From positions 224,001 to 288,000 of IMG/VR virus record IMGVR_UViG_3300014205_000170: a stretch of 64,000 nt of DNA. The stretch is one strand, 5' to 3'. Shown here one piece after another: positions 1 through 7,993 of the stretch. Both the position numbers and the translations under genes were made by a program. Within the stretch, counting starts at the first letter, position 1, and each line of letters opens with the position of its first letter. This DNA is from a virus (lineage: Duplodnaviria > Caudoviricetes). The notes beneath the pieces are model-generated. The model saw only the letters and a program-made list of their open reading frames with translations, was not told the origin of the DNA and did not search any database.

Positions 1-185
1 GGCCCCAAATTTTGTTTGAAATATTTTCCAACAAAAGAATTTAAAAATATATTTTCGTTTTTACGTTTTTCATCGTTTATTTTTTGTCTAACCTCTTCCA
101 ATTCGGCTACGAGAATTGCTTCTTTATCTTTTAAAGCATGAAATCTTTCAAGTAAATTTTGGAATGTTTTGTCTTTTTTAGTCAT
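1..185 (-). CDS. hypothetical protein (partial, runs off left edge)
   Basis: Hand translation from ATG at 185 gives MTKKDKTFQNLLERFHALKDKEAILVAELEEVRQK..., open to position 1; directly downstream of primase. Confidence 0.6.
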   Translation of the reverse strand, partial: MTKKDKTFQNLLERFHALKDKEAILVAELEEVRQKINDEKRKNENIFLNSFVGKYFKQNLG

Positions 186-200
186 TTAAATTTTAGTTTT

Positions 201-1259
201 TCATTCATTAAAAAAATCTCTGTTAAGTAAATTCCATTCACGCTCAATATATTTTTCATCTATTTTTCTTTTCTTTAAAGCACCTTTCCCTTCCTTCAAA
301 ATTAAAGAAATAATATATTTTAAATCAAGTTTTCTATGAGTTTTTAAAAGTTCTATTAAACCTTCCTTACCATTTTTTTCATAAAACTTTGCAATGTCAT
401 CTTTAATTTCAACAAAATAAACATCCAATCCACATTCAACAAGCTTATTATACATATCTATTGAATCTTTTAAGGCATCCTCATCCAAACATAAGATAAT
501 CTTAGTTTTGTGCTTTACGAGCTTCTCTAAAATAATGTCTGGCATTTCCTTTCCTAATAATGGGAGACAATTATAGAGAGGAAGCATATCAAAAGGACCT
601 TCTACAATATAAACCGGTAAATCGAAGTTTATATTCAAAGCATTAAAAATAACAGCGCTTTTTGAAGGTTCATCTGGTTTATAATAATTGGGTTTAATCC
701 AAGGAAGATAAGACCTTGCTTCATAATAATTTATGTCACCATTTTTATTGTAAGATGGAATAATAATTCGAAATTTTCTGGGCCCGGATTCTGTATAGCC
801 GATTTCATATTTCTTTATTAGCTTATCATCAATACCTCTAGAACGAAGATACTCTAAGGCTTTATAATAATATTTGGAGTTCCACTTCTTTGTTAAAATA
901 CGATACCCCTCTGGTAGTTCGCATGTAATGTACTCATCAAATTGCTGCTTTTGTTTTTCCTGGTTCTTGTATTTCTTTAATTTATCAGAAGGAACCAGTT
1001 CTTGAATACGAACATAATCATCTTCTGTTCCATAATCTTCAAATACTCTATGAACAAAACCCTTGTAATTACACTTCCAACATCTGAAAATATTTAATTC
1101 AGGAGAAAAATTGAGATTATACTTACCCCTATCGTGTTTACAAGTGTTTGAAGGACAATTGAACTCATACTCATCCAGATTATCAAAGTCTTTCTTGGGG
1201 TCTCTTAAGACCTTTTTAAGCATTGAAATAATAATGGATTTGATGTCAAGTTGATTCAC
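201..1259 (-). CDS. phage DNA primase (Zn-finger + TOPRIM, DnaG/gp61-like)
   Basis: N-terminal CPxxxC...CWKC zinc ribbon, YLRSRGI, RIIIP, TOPRIM motifs VEGPFD and LDED. Confidence 0.9.
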   Translation of the reverse strand: MNQLDIKSIIISMLKKVLRDPKKDFDNLDEYEFNCPSNTCKHDRGKYNLNFSPELNIFRCWKCNYKGFVHRVFEDYGTEDDYVRIQELVPSDKLKKYKNQEKQKQQFDEYITCELPEGYRILTKKWNSKYYYKALEYLRSRGIDDKLIKKYEIGYTESGPRKFRIIIPSYNKNGDINYYEARSYLPWIKPNYYKPDEPSKSAVIFNALNINFDLPVYIVEGPFDMLPLYNCLPLLGKEMPDIILEKLVKHKTKIILCLDEDALKDSIDMYNKLVECGLDVYFVEIKDDIAKFYEKNGKEGLIELLKTHRKLDLKYIISLILKEGKGALKKRKIDEKYIEREWNLLNRDFFNE

Positions 1260-1263
1260 TTAA

Positions 1264-1294
1264 CAAATATACAAAAAAGTACTTGTTTTTCAAT
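1264..1294 (-). promoter_or_regulatory. Bacteroidota sigma70-type promoter upstream of primase
   Basis: TATATTTG (-7 box TAnnTTTG) at 1271-1264; ATTG 19 nt further upstream approximates the -33 TTTG box. Confidence 0.55.
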
Positions 1295-1316
1295 TAAGAC
1301 TAGAATAAAAACTTAA

Positions 1317-1440
1317 CGCACACCCTCCTATGTCAGGGGTAAATCAAATTACCCCCTCCTAGATAAGGGGGTAAAGCTTTTCTTTTATACTAAGCTACAA
1401 AAGGATTTTCAAGAAGTCAAACTGCCCTAATTAAGGAGTA
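1317..1440 (+). repeat. left terminal inverted repeat (~124 bp)
   Basis: CGCACACCCTCCTATGTCAGGGGTAAATCAAATTACCCCCTCCTAGATAAGGGGGTAAAGCTTTTCTTTTATACTAA, 12-nt variable spacer, then TTTTCAAGAAGTCAAACTGCCCTAATTAAGGAGTA; matches the reverse complement of 2001-2121. Confidence 0.9.
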
Positions 1441-1487
1441 ATTCGTTTTCTGCAAAGAGTTCTAAAAATTTGGGTTCTAATGTTTTT

Positions 1488-1778
1488 TTAAAATGGGTGT
1501 TCTTCTTTTTCTGTAAGAACCTGTGCTTGTGTTTCAAACCAATTACCCATTTCTACAATTTGATTTGTCTCTCCATCTTCAAATATAGCTTCTAATATAG
1601 AAACAAATTGTAAAGTTGTATCAAAATCTTTAATAATCCATTTTGGATTACGCTCTAAGTTACCATATTTTTTTTTGAAGGCTTTATAGTTCAACATATT
1701 TATGTCCCAAGCTAGAGACATATCAGTTAATTCTCCTGAAAATATTACACCTTTTTTATCTTGAATTTGATATCTCAT
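1488..1778 (-). CDS. hypothetical protein with C-terminal VLxEK motif (cassette cargo)
   Basis: 96 aa, ends AQVLTEKEEHPF; ATGA overlap with upstream ORF. Confidence 0.7.
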   Translation of the reverse strand: MRYQIQDKKGVIFSGELTDMSLAWDINMLNYKAFKKKYGNLERNPKWIIKDFDTTLQFVSILEAIFEDGETNQIVEMGNWFETQAQVLTEKEEHPF

Positions 1779-1915
1779 TTATTTTCTTTTGGTGGATTTT
1801 TAGTTTGTTCTGCTGGAGGGTTGTTAATGGGCTTATCTGGTGATTCGCAAGGTCTTCCTGGTTTCATTGGTCCTTCTTTCGCAGGTTCTGTAAAAATTTC
1901 TTTTCCTTTTGACAT
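1775..1915 (-). CDS. 46-aa Pro/Lys/Glu-rich hypothetical peptide (cassette cargo)
   Basis: Hand translation MSKGKEIFTEPAKEGPMKPGRPCESPDKPINNPPAEQTKNPPKENK*; stop overlaps next start (ATGA). Confidence 0.55.
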   Translation of the reverse strand: MSKGKEIFTEPAKEGPMKPGRPCESPDKPINNPPAEQTKNPPKENK

Positions 1916-2000
1916 TAATAGTTATTTTAATAATAAAATTAAAATTTTAGAATATAAAGTAAAGTACAATCTTAATTTTAACAGAAAAATACATTGTTCA

Positions 2001-2121
2001 TACCTCTTAATTAAGGTAGTTTGCTTTCTTGGAAACTACTGTATATTTTAGTATAAAAGAAAAGCTTTACCCCTTATCTAGGAGGAGTAATTTGATTTAC
2101 CCATGACATAGGAGGTGTGCG
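2001..2121 (-). repeat. right terminal inverted repeat (~121 bp)
   Basis: Reverse complement reads CGCACACCTCCTATGTCATGGGTAAATCAAATTACTCCTCCTAGATAAGGGGTAAAGCTTTTCTTTTATACTAA, 12-nt spacer, TTTCCAAGAAAGCAAACTACCTTAATTAAGAGGTA. Confidence 0.9.
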
Positions 2122-2125
2122 AAAC

Positions 2126-2401
2126 TTAAACAAAGTTTGCTACTCCATTAGTTATTATATAATGAGACTTACATTCGAATCTATGTGCCAATGATGGTGC
2201 GATTGTTACTTTGCCATCATTTTGAATTAGCGACCATTCTCCTTGCATTATAGGAATATAAACTTTTTGACCACACCCACACAAACAAAGGTGTCCGGAG
2301 CCATGATATTGTTCAGAATAATATATTATATTAGGCTCATAAACTTCTGGCATTGTTTCAACAAGCACTAAATCAACACTTACTTTTTTTAGTGTTTTCA
2401 T
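2126..2401 (-). CDS. DUF6527-like Cys/His protein
   Basis: HLCLCGCG...W...PS...CKSHYII pattern. Confidence 0.7.
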   Translation of the reverse strand: MKTLKKVSVDLVLVETMPEVYEPNIIYYSEQYHGSGHLCLCGCGQKVYIPIMQGEWSLIQNDGKVTIAPSLAHRFECKSHYIITNGVANFV

Positions 2402-2403
2402 TT

Positions 2404-2946
2404 TTAAACTGCTTTTAAAGTTTTCTGCTTAATTTTAGAAACAACATGCGCCATTCCAACCACATAAGCATCAGTAGAATCATAAGTACCTTCAACCAAT
2501 TTACCCATTTTGGTATACTTCCAATTAATAGTCGGTTCTGCTTGCATAACCGCTTCCCATACAAGGTTTTTTTTGTTGGGATGCGATTGAGGAATGGCCA
2601 AATTTGGAAACGTTAACTTCCTGGCTGTTTGAACATTATAATAGATTGGTTCAACCTTATGTTTTCTATATAAAAAGCCAGATATTAAACTATTCATCTG
2701 GGTCAACTTTTGAATTGTTTGAGCATTAGAAAATTTACCTTTAAATCTCAATAATGGCTCTTCAATAACGATTTCTTCAAAATTCAGATTGTATTTCTCT
2801 AAAAATTCGATAAAAATATCTAGTTTTCTAAACAAACTCTTTTCTTTTGCATTGAATTTTAAGTAAGTTAATTCATGTAGTTTATAATTACCATCAAAGA
2901 TGGCTAAACCAATTACAGAAGTGGATATATCTAAGGCTAATAACAT
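2404..2946 (-). CDS. RuvC-like Holliday junction resolvase
   Basis: Likely start MLLALDISTSVIG; IVIEEP and DSTDA motifs of the RNase H/RuvC fold. Confidence 0.85.
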   Translation of the reverse strand: MLLALDISTSVIGLAIFDGNYKLHELTYLKFNAKEKSLFRKLDIFIEFLEKYNLNFEEIVIEEPLLRFKGKFSNAQTIQKLTQMNSLISGFLYRKHKVEPIYYNVQTARKLTFPNLAIPQSHPNKKNLVWEAVMQAEPTINWKYTKMGKLVEGTYDSTDAYVVGMAHVVSKIKQKTLKAV

Positions 2947-3014
2947 AATCCTACTAATATAATTAGTATCCTTGAAAAAGGAAATATTAAAGAAATATTC
3001 TTTACCTTTACAAG

Positions 3015-3293
3015 GTGAGTGCAATTTTCATAGATAACAATCAACAGTTGGGTAATACAATTTTAGTTACCGGTTTTATACGACATGAATATATTTCTTT
3101 AAAAGGATATATAAGCAGTATAGTAAACATGTCTAGTCTTCGTACGTTAAACTCCCATTTAGAAATCAATTTTATTGCAAAAAATAAACGTTATAAATGT
3201 GCGCGAGGGTTTAATTCTCTTCTTTTAATAACTAGAACAGTATTAATTGAAAAACAACATAAACACTATACAACAAAGAAAGTGGAACGGTGA
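3015..3293 (+). CDS. small array protein (GxT...KG...VLxEK family)
   Basis: LGNTI, LKGYI, TRTVLIEK; close paralogue of next ORF. Confidence 0.75.
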   Translation: MSAIFIDNNQQLGNTILVTGFIRHEYISLKGYISSIVNMSSLRTLNSHLEINFIAKNKRYKCARGFNSLLLITRTVLIEKQHKHYTTKKVER

Positions 3294-3547
3294 GCCATAA
3301 TACATCGCAAATAGAAAATAATCACGAGTTAGGTAGTACCATATTAGTAGATGGTATTCTTAATCATCAGACTATTTTATTAAAAGGATGTATAATACAT
3401 GTTATGACTAGAGTTGCTGCTGTTTCTTATAATGAAATTTTTTTTGTGACAAAAAATAAAAATTATAAAATTTCACGCGAATTAGATTATTCCTTTAGAA
3501 TAACCAGAACAGTATTGTTAGAAAAAAATATAATAAGAAATGTATGA
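3290..3547 (+). CDS. small array protein (VLxEK family)
   Basis: LGSTI, LKGCI, TRTVLLEK; 4-nt overlap. Confidence 0.75.
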   Translation: MSHNTSQIENNHELGSTILVDGILNHQTILLKGCIIHVMTRVAAVSYNEIFFVTKNKNYKISRELDYSFRITRTVLLEKNIIRNV

Positions 3548-3785
3548 TATAGGTACTACATTTATAACCCAAGAGAAGAACGGTCCTTTAATAAAAGGAC
3601 ATATAGATAAAATTCAACTTATGCCACACAATTTACATGGTAAATGTGGTTATACTGCAATTTTTTGTATGCTAGGTAAGGATAAATTTACTACATTAAT
3701 ACATAAACATGGGAAAAAACGACCATTTCAATATGCTAAAATAGTATTACTAGAAAAATTATCTTTGAAATACAAAGTAACATAA
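3540..3785 (+). CDS. small array protein (VLxEK family)
   Basis: IGTTF, IKGHI, AKIVLLEK. Confidence 0.75.
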   Translation: MYDIGTTFITQEKNGPLIKGHIDKIQLMPHNLHGKCGYTAIFCMLGKDKFTTLIHKHGKKRPFQYAKIVLLEKLSLKYKVT

Positions 3786-3798
3786 ACAAACTTTTAAG

Positions 3799-4032
3799 AT
3801 GTTCCAGTTCATTATAAACATATTTGAACGTTTAGATAAAGAAAGAGATGAAAAACTTTATCAACAACGCCTTAAAGAATACTACCACGATGTAGCAATG
3901 TATCACAATAAATGTACAAGAAAAACTTTGATAGAGAAGAACAATAATGAAAGCAATAATAGAATTTTACCAATTATCCATCCTAGTGCATTTAAAGTAG
4001 CTGTTGGCACTCATAATAGAAGAAATAAATAA
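3799..4032 (+). CDS. small hypothetical protein carrying TRKTLIEK
   Basis: Lacks the GDT/KG core of its neighbours but has the EK motif; 3' end uncertain. Confidence 0.55.
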   Translation: MFQFIINIFERLDKERDEKLYQQRLKEYYHDVAMYHNKCTRKTLIEKNNNESNNRILPIIHPSAFKVAVGTHNRRNK

Positions 4033-4036
4033 CAAA

Positions 4037-4327
4037 ATGACTTTAGGTGATACAGTAGAAATATATTTTATAATACATAGCACAAACCATTTTATAAATT
4101 CTATTAAAGGATATGTTGTTGAAAAAAAAGGTACTGTTGCAAATCAAAATATTAATATAATATGTAACAATCAATTGTTTGGTATTTTATCATATGATAC
4201 TCAATTTTATGTTTATCAATGGCATAAAAACAAAGCTTTTCCAATACTTATTTATTACTATAATACTCCTAAGTTAAATTATAAATATAGTAGTGTGGTT
4301 TTAATAGAAAAAAAATATCGTGTATAA
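4037..4327 (+). CDS. small array protein (VLxEK family)
   Basis: Start moved to MTLGDTVEI; IKGYV; SSVVLIEK. Confidence 0.75.
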   Translation: MTLGDTVEIYFIIHSTNHFINSIKGYVVEKKGTVANQNINIICNNQLFGILSYDTQFYVYQWHKNKAFPILIYYYNTPKLNYKYSSVVLIEKKYRV

Positions 4328-4652
4328 TTTTCAAATCGGAGATACAGTAGAGATTTTTTTAACTAAAAACAACATGCCTGAATTTTTAAAACATCAGCAG
4401 GGATGTGTTGCGTATATTTTTCAAGATAACGAAGAATCGTTAGATTTACGTTTAGTGAAAAATAATAAAATTTCTTATAAAGTTATAAGAGTTTATATGG
4501 ATACAACTTCCAAGAAAAGAGCAACATGTTTTGAAACATTTTCTGATAATTATGATGTAATTATTTGGAATTGTGAAAATGGTGATTTTTTCACTGTTCA
4601 TGTACAAGGAAAAAGAATACCGTTAATCGAAAAAAGCTTATTATGGTATTAG
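4320..4652 (+). CDS. small array protein (VLxEK family)
   Basis: FQIGDTVEI; QGCV; KRIPLIEK. Confidence 0.75.
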   Translation: MYNFQIGDTVEIFLTKNNMPEFLKHQQGCVAYIFQDNEESLDLRLVKNNKISYKVIRVYMDTTSKKRATCFETFSDNYDVIIWNCENGDFFTVHVQGKRIPLIEKSLLWY

Positions 4653-4939
4653 GAAATACAGTTAAAATATCTTTTTTTAACGCAGAGAAAAATTATAAAA
4701 AATCTTTTAAAGGATACATTTTTAAATTACCTAGACATAATAAAGAAAAAGTATGTGATGTTTATTTAGCTTTAAATAACATTAAAAGAATAAGACTATT
4801 TAAATGGCCTTTTGAAAAAGAAGTTTATGTTTTTACGGCTAACGAGGCATATGCCAAAAGAATAGATAAGTTTGATGCTAGTTCTTTTAAAATAAAAGAA
4901 ACAAAAATAGTATTATTAGAAAAATTACGTTATGTATAA
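4643..4939 (+). CDS. small array protein (VLxEK family)
   Basis: LGNTVKI; FKGYI; TKIVLLEK. Confidence 0.75.
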   Translation: MVLGNTVKISFFNAEKNYKKSFKGYIFKLPRHNKEKVCDVYLALNNIKRIRLFKWPFEKEVYVFTANEAYAKRIDKFDASSFKIKETKIVLLEKLRYV

Positions 4940-5258
4940 TTTTATAGAAGGAGACACAATACAAATTAGATTAATTAACAGAAGAAAGAAACGTCAGTCT
5001 ATTTCATTTGGTTCAAAAGGATATGTTGTTATAAATAACAACAATGAAGAATGTGACTATACAATAGCAAAAAATTCTAGTAGTCTACATAGATATGTAT
5101 ATTTTAAAGAAAAAAAAATATTTGTTGTATATAAAAGTTGTTGGGATAGAAAACTAAAAAAAGCGACGGTTACGCAAGAAAACTCAGATATATTTAAAAA
5201 TTTCTTTATAAAAATCTCATTAGCAAAAACTGTTTTAACAGAAAAAACATGGCTTTAA
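4932..5258 (+). CDS. small array protein (VLxEK family)
   Basis: EGDTIQI; SKGYV; AKTVLTEK. Confidence 0.75.
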   Translation: MYNFIEGDTIQIRLINRRKKRQSISFGSKGYVVINNNNEECDYTIAKNSSSLHRYVYFKEKKIFVVYKSCWDRKLKKATVTQENSDIFKNFFIKISLAKTVLTEKTWL

Positions 5259-5596
5259 ATTGTCAATTAGGCGATACAATTGAAATTTATTTTTTCGATG
5301 AAACTTCAACATTATTGTTAGGTTGTGACAAAACTTACATTGTAAAATGTTCGAACAAATATAGTCCAATAAAAATTTATAATTTTATAAATAAAAAAAA
5401 TTCTTTTATAGTAAGAAACGGATTTACTATTGAGCCCCTTTATCTTTCTGGATATAGCATCAACAAAGCTGATTCGACCCAGTTATTAGGGCTTTTAAAA
5501 TGTACTAATCATACAAAATGTAAATTACATTTCAAAAACATTAGAATGGTTCTTACAGAAAAAGAAGAATCTTTTTTTAAGCCTTTTTATGATTGA
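5249..5596 (+). CDS. small array protein (VLxEK family)
   Basis: LGDTIEI; KTYIV; IRMVLTEK. Confidence 0.75.
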   Translation: MALNCQLGDTIEIYFFDETSTLLLGCDKTYIVKCSNKYSPIKIYNFINKKNSFIVRNGFTIEPLYLSGYSINKADSTQLLGLLKCTNHTKCKLHFKNIRMVLTEKEESFFKPFYD

Positions 5597-5612
5597 GTAA
5601 TACTATCAAAAT

Positions 5613-6776
5613 TTACATCTCTAAATCAATCGTAAAATTGAATAGATTTGTATAAGTCTTTTGGTAAGGCTCTGATAATTTTGCCATAGCAATTAATTCT
5701 CCTAAAGTATTATATAAACCAACAGTACTAATATATACTGGGTCATAAGAAATAATAGTTGAATTCTCATCTTGGGCAGCAATTGCTGCTTCTCTATTCC
5801 AAGTAGAGTTGTTTGAAATGTAAAATTCTTTTGGCAATGCTAAACATACCGCAGTTTGTTTGAAACTCGTATTGATGTCTTCAAATATAAGTTCCGCAGC
5901 CGGCTCAGATGTTATCGTAACACCTGTAAAATAAATTCCTGTTTTACCTGACACTTGACTATCATCAACATAAGGAACAGCATTTTGTGTAAGTCCTGAA
6001 CTCCAAGGAATATTTGAAGTAATAGCACTATGAGTAATAACAGCATATCCTTTATCTAAAACAACAAATCCACAAGGAATATCATAATTATATCCTGGTC
6101 TGTTATTTGGATAAAAGTTTCCAACGTTATTTGAAAAATTAATATTGGTTCTTAAATCGCTTGCTACATTATATGTATCAAGATATCTTTTTACTTCTTG
6201 ATATTGTACTGCAGAAGGTCTCTTTAAAAAATTAGTTGGGTCTGGATTCCAAGTTGTATTGGCTGAGTGCGATATTAACACACCGATTTCATTAATGGTA
6301 TGACCTGTATATGGTTTATTAATAGAATCAGAAAATAAGAAAACAACATTATCTCCAAGTAATGGATTAGTTTCAGACTTTACAATTTTATCACTCGTAT
6401 AAGTACTAGAATATAATGTTATTGCTGATAAAGTTGGAAATGTAGTTCCATTTTGAGGTACATTCATTTCAATGGTACGACCATCAATAAATTCAGAGTA
6501 TTCAGATGCTGGAATTGGAACTATAACGATTCTGTCTACGTTCAATTGTTGCAATTCAGGGTACAATAATGATAAAGTTGAACCTGTTGTTAAATCAGAT
6601 TCTGCTGTTGGCAAATTGAAAGAAACAAAATAGTTTCCTTTCTTATCTGATAGCAAATCTCTATCACATAACGTAAAACCTAAGCTACCGCCAAAGACAT
6701 CTTTAACGTCACTTTCTTCTGTTTGAACGCTTAATACTGAACTTACAGCTTTCGTATATTTTGGGTCTACTACCAT
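5613..6776 (-). CDS. virion structural protein (baseplate/fibre attachment type)
   Basis: C-terminal YISTVGLYN..GELIAMAKLSEP motif as in myophage tail-collar/baseplate proteins. Confidence 0.65.
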   Translation of the reverse strand: MVVDPKYTKAVSSVLSVQTEESDVKDVFGGSLGFTLCDRDLLSDKKGNYFVSFNLPTAESDLTTGSTLSLLYPELQQLNVDRIVIVPIPASEYSEFIDGRTIEMNVPQNGTTFPTLSAITLYSSTYTSDKIVKSETNPLLGDNVVFLFSDSINKPYTGHTINEIGVLISHSANTTWNPDPTNFLKRPSAVQYQEVKRYLDTYNVASDLRTNINFSNNVGNFYPNNRPGYNYDIPCGFVVLDKGYAVITHSAITSNIPWSSGLTQNAVPYVDDSQVSGKTGIYFTGVTITSEPAAELIFEDINTSFKQTAVCLALPKEFYISNNSTWNREAAIAAQDENSTIISYDPVYISTVGLYNTLGELIAMAKLSEPYQKTYTNLFNFTIDLEM

Positions 6777-6792
6777 GATTGATTAATTTTTA

Positions 6793-7209
6793 TTATTGAG
6801 TTGATGTATTTGTTACTGTTGTATTTTGACTTGCAATATTTGGAGGATAAGAAAATATAATTCTAAAAGTTCCAATTTCAGAAGGCTTAATTGATTTTGT
6901 TGCTGTTCCTGTAAAATAAAAATTCATAATTTTTGTTCTACCTCTAAAGTCTTGGGCATATTTAACACCTTCCATAGTTGTATCAACAAAATCTTTCAAA
7001 GCAGTTTTTAAACCATCCTCAAATTGTGTCATTGGTGTCCAAACAGCAGCATCTTGAGATTTAATGGGTTGAACCGCATTATTTTCCAAAGATGTATTTG
7101 GAGGCAATACCGGAGTAGGTCCAGTATTTGAATTTATTTGTTGTTCTGAAAAACTTGAATCGGAAGCCGGAGCTTGAGTAGTTGTTATGTTTACAGTTGA
7201 GTTTGCCAT
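6793..7209 (-). CDS. hypothetical protein in structural operon
   Basis: 138-aa ORF tightly packed between structural genes. Confidence 0.6.
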   Translation of the reverse strand: MANSTVNITTTQAPASDSSFSEQQINSNTGPTPVLPPNTSLENNAVQPIKSQDAAVWTPMTQFEDGLKTALKDFVDTTMEGVKYAQDFRGRTKIMNFYFTGTATKSIKPSEIGTFRIIFSYPPNIASQNTTVTNTSTQ

Positions 7210-7233
7210 TTTATGTCTTTTTATATTTTATTA

Positions 7234-7980
7234 TTATCCACCAAATCCACTTATCATTGGAGAATTACCACCACCTAATGAATTAGGATTTATATTTGCT
7301 GTTGCAGTTCCAAAATCAGTTACAGAGAATACTGCAGTACTTTTAACTACAACTGGTTTTAATGGCTCAGCTTTTTCAAATTGAAAAGTCATTTTGTTAT
7401 AATTTGAACCTGTTTTTGGAAAGAAAATTCTCAATCTATATCCCGGAACAAACGCAGTTGGTGCTTTAATTGGAATAATTAATTCTTGATTTTGAGATTG
7501 GATTTTGCCGTAATTATTTGGAGTTACATTATAAACACCATCACTAACCAATAGTCCATCAATAAACGTCATTAATTGTTGAGTAACGACTGCTGGAAGA
7601 TTTGCGGTTGCAGTCCCTAAATTCCAAGTAATATCATTATATGTTGTTTTATATTCTACAGTATCAACAGTATCTTTAACTAAAATAGTATCGCCTGGAG
7701 AAATTAAGTTCTCTAGAGTTCTACCTTTTGCTCCTTTAACAGCAGTTTCGTTCTCTCCTGATAAATCCGGAACATCTCCAGAATCTAATTGATAAGCTAA
7801 ACGATAATTTACATCTGAATCACTTAGTGAAAAGCGTTCAATTTGCAATCTATCGATTGTTTGACCATTTGCCAAAGTAATATACCTTGGATTATCATTA
7901 CTATTGAATAAGTATTGTCTTCCAATCTCTGTAAGATAAGCTGTTGCTGTTATTGTCGTTCCTGAAGCTATTGCACCCAT
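7234..7980 (-). CDS. virion structural protein
   Basis: AYLTEIGRQYL...FSLSDSDVNY N-terminal motif, paralogous to the N-terminus of 7994..10024. Confidence 0.65.
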   Translation of the reverse strand: MGAIASGTTITATAYLTEIGRQYLFNSNDNPRYITLANGQTIDRLQIERFSLSDSDVNYRLAYQLDSGDVPDLSGENETAVKGAKGRTLENLISPGDTILVKDTVDTVEYKTTYNDITWNLGTATANLPAVVTQQLMTFIDGLLVSDGVYNVTPNNYGKIQSQNQELIIPIKAPTAFVPGYRLRIFFPKTGSNYNKMTFQFEKAEPLKPVVVKSTAVFSVTDFGTATANINPNSLGGGNSPMISGFGG

Positions 7981-7993
7981 TTTGTTTTATTTT

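Larger units (their letters stand above)
1317..2121. mobile_element. non-autonomous insertion cassette (MITE/MIC-like) with long terminal inverted repeats and 8-bp target-site duplication
   Basis: IRs 1317-1440 and 2001-2121; identical AAACTTAA immediately outside both ends (1309-1316, 2122-2129); two small cargo ORFs; no transposase inside. Confidence 0.75.

Noticed and set aside
500-560. DIILEK in primase as another tag copy
   Set aside because: Internal to the TOPRIM domain and lacks the upstream basic residue; illustrates the background match rate
1761-2051. + strand 96-aa ORF in the track
   Set aside because: Antisense shadow of the coupled minus-strand ORF 1775..1915 and runs through the inverted repeat
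3940-4036. Possible frameshift or alternative mini-ORF (MKAIIEFYQLSILVHLK*) after TRKTLIEK
   Set aside because: Cannot decide between the track ORF and a frameshifted pair without reads or homologues
4298-5258. EK codons (GAAAAA) merely acting as the A-rich initiation signal for the next overlapping gene
   Set aside because: May contribute inside the arrays, but cannot explain N-terminal copies, last-in-array genes, or 44856 and 53123 where no start follows closely
3015-5596. VLxEK as a DNA-level recombination site (integron/attC- or CRISPR-like cassette repeat)
   Set aside because: Nucleotide sequence varies at synonymous positions, always stays in one reading frame, and has no palindrome or constant spacing
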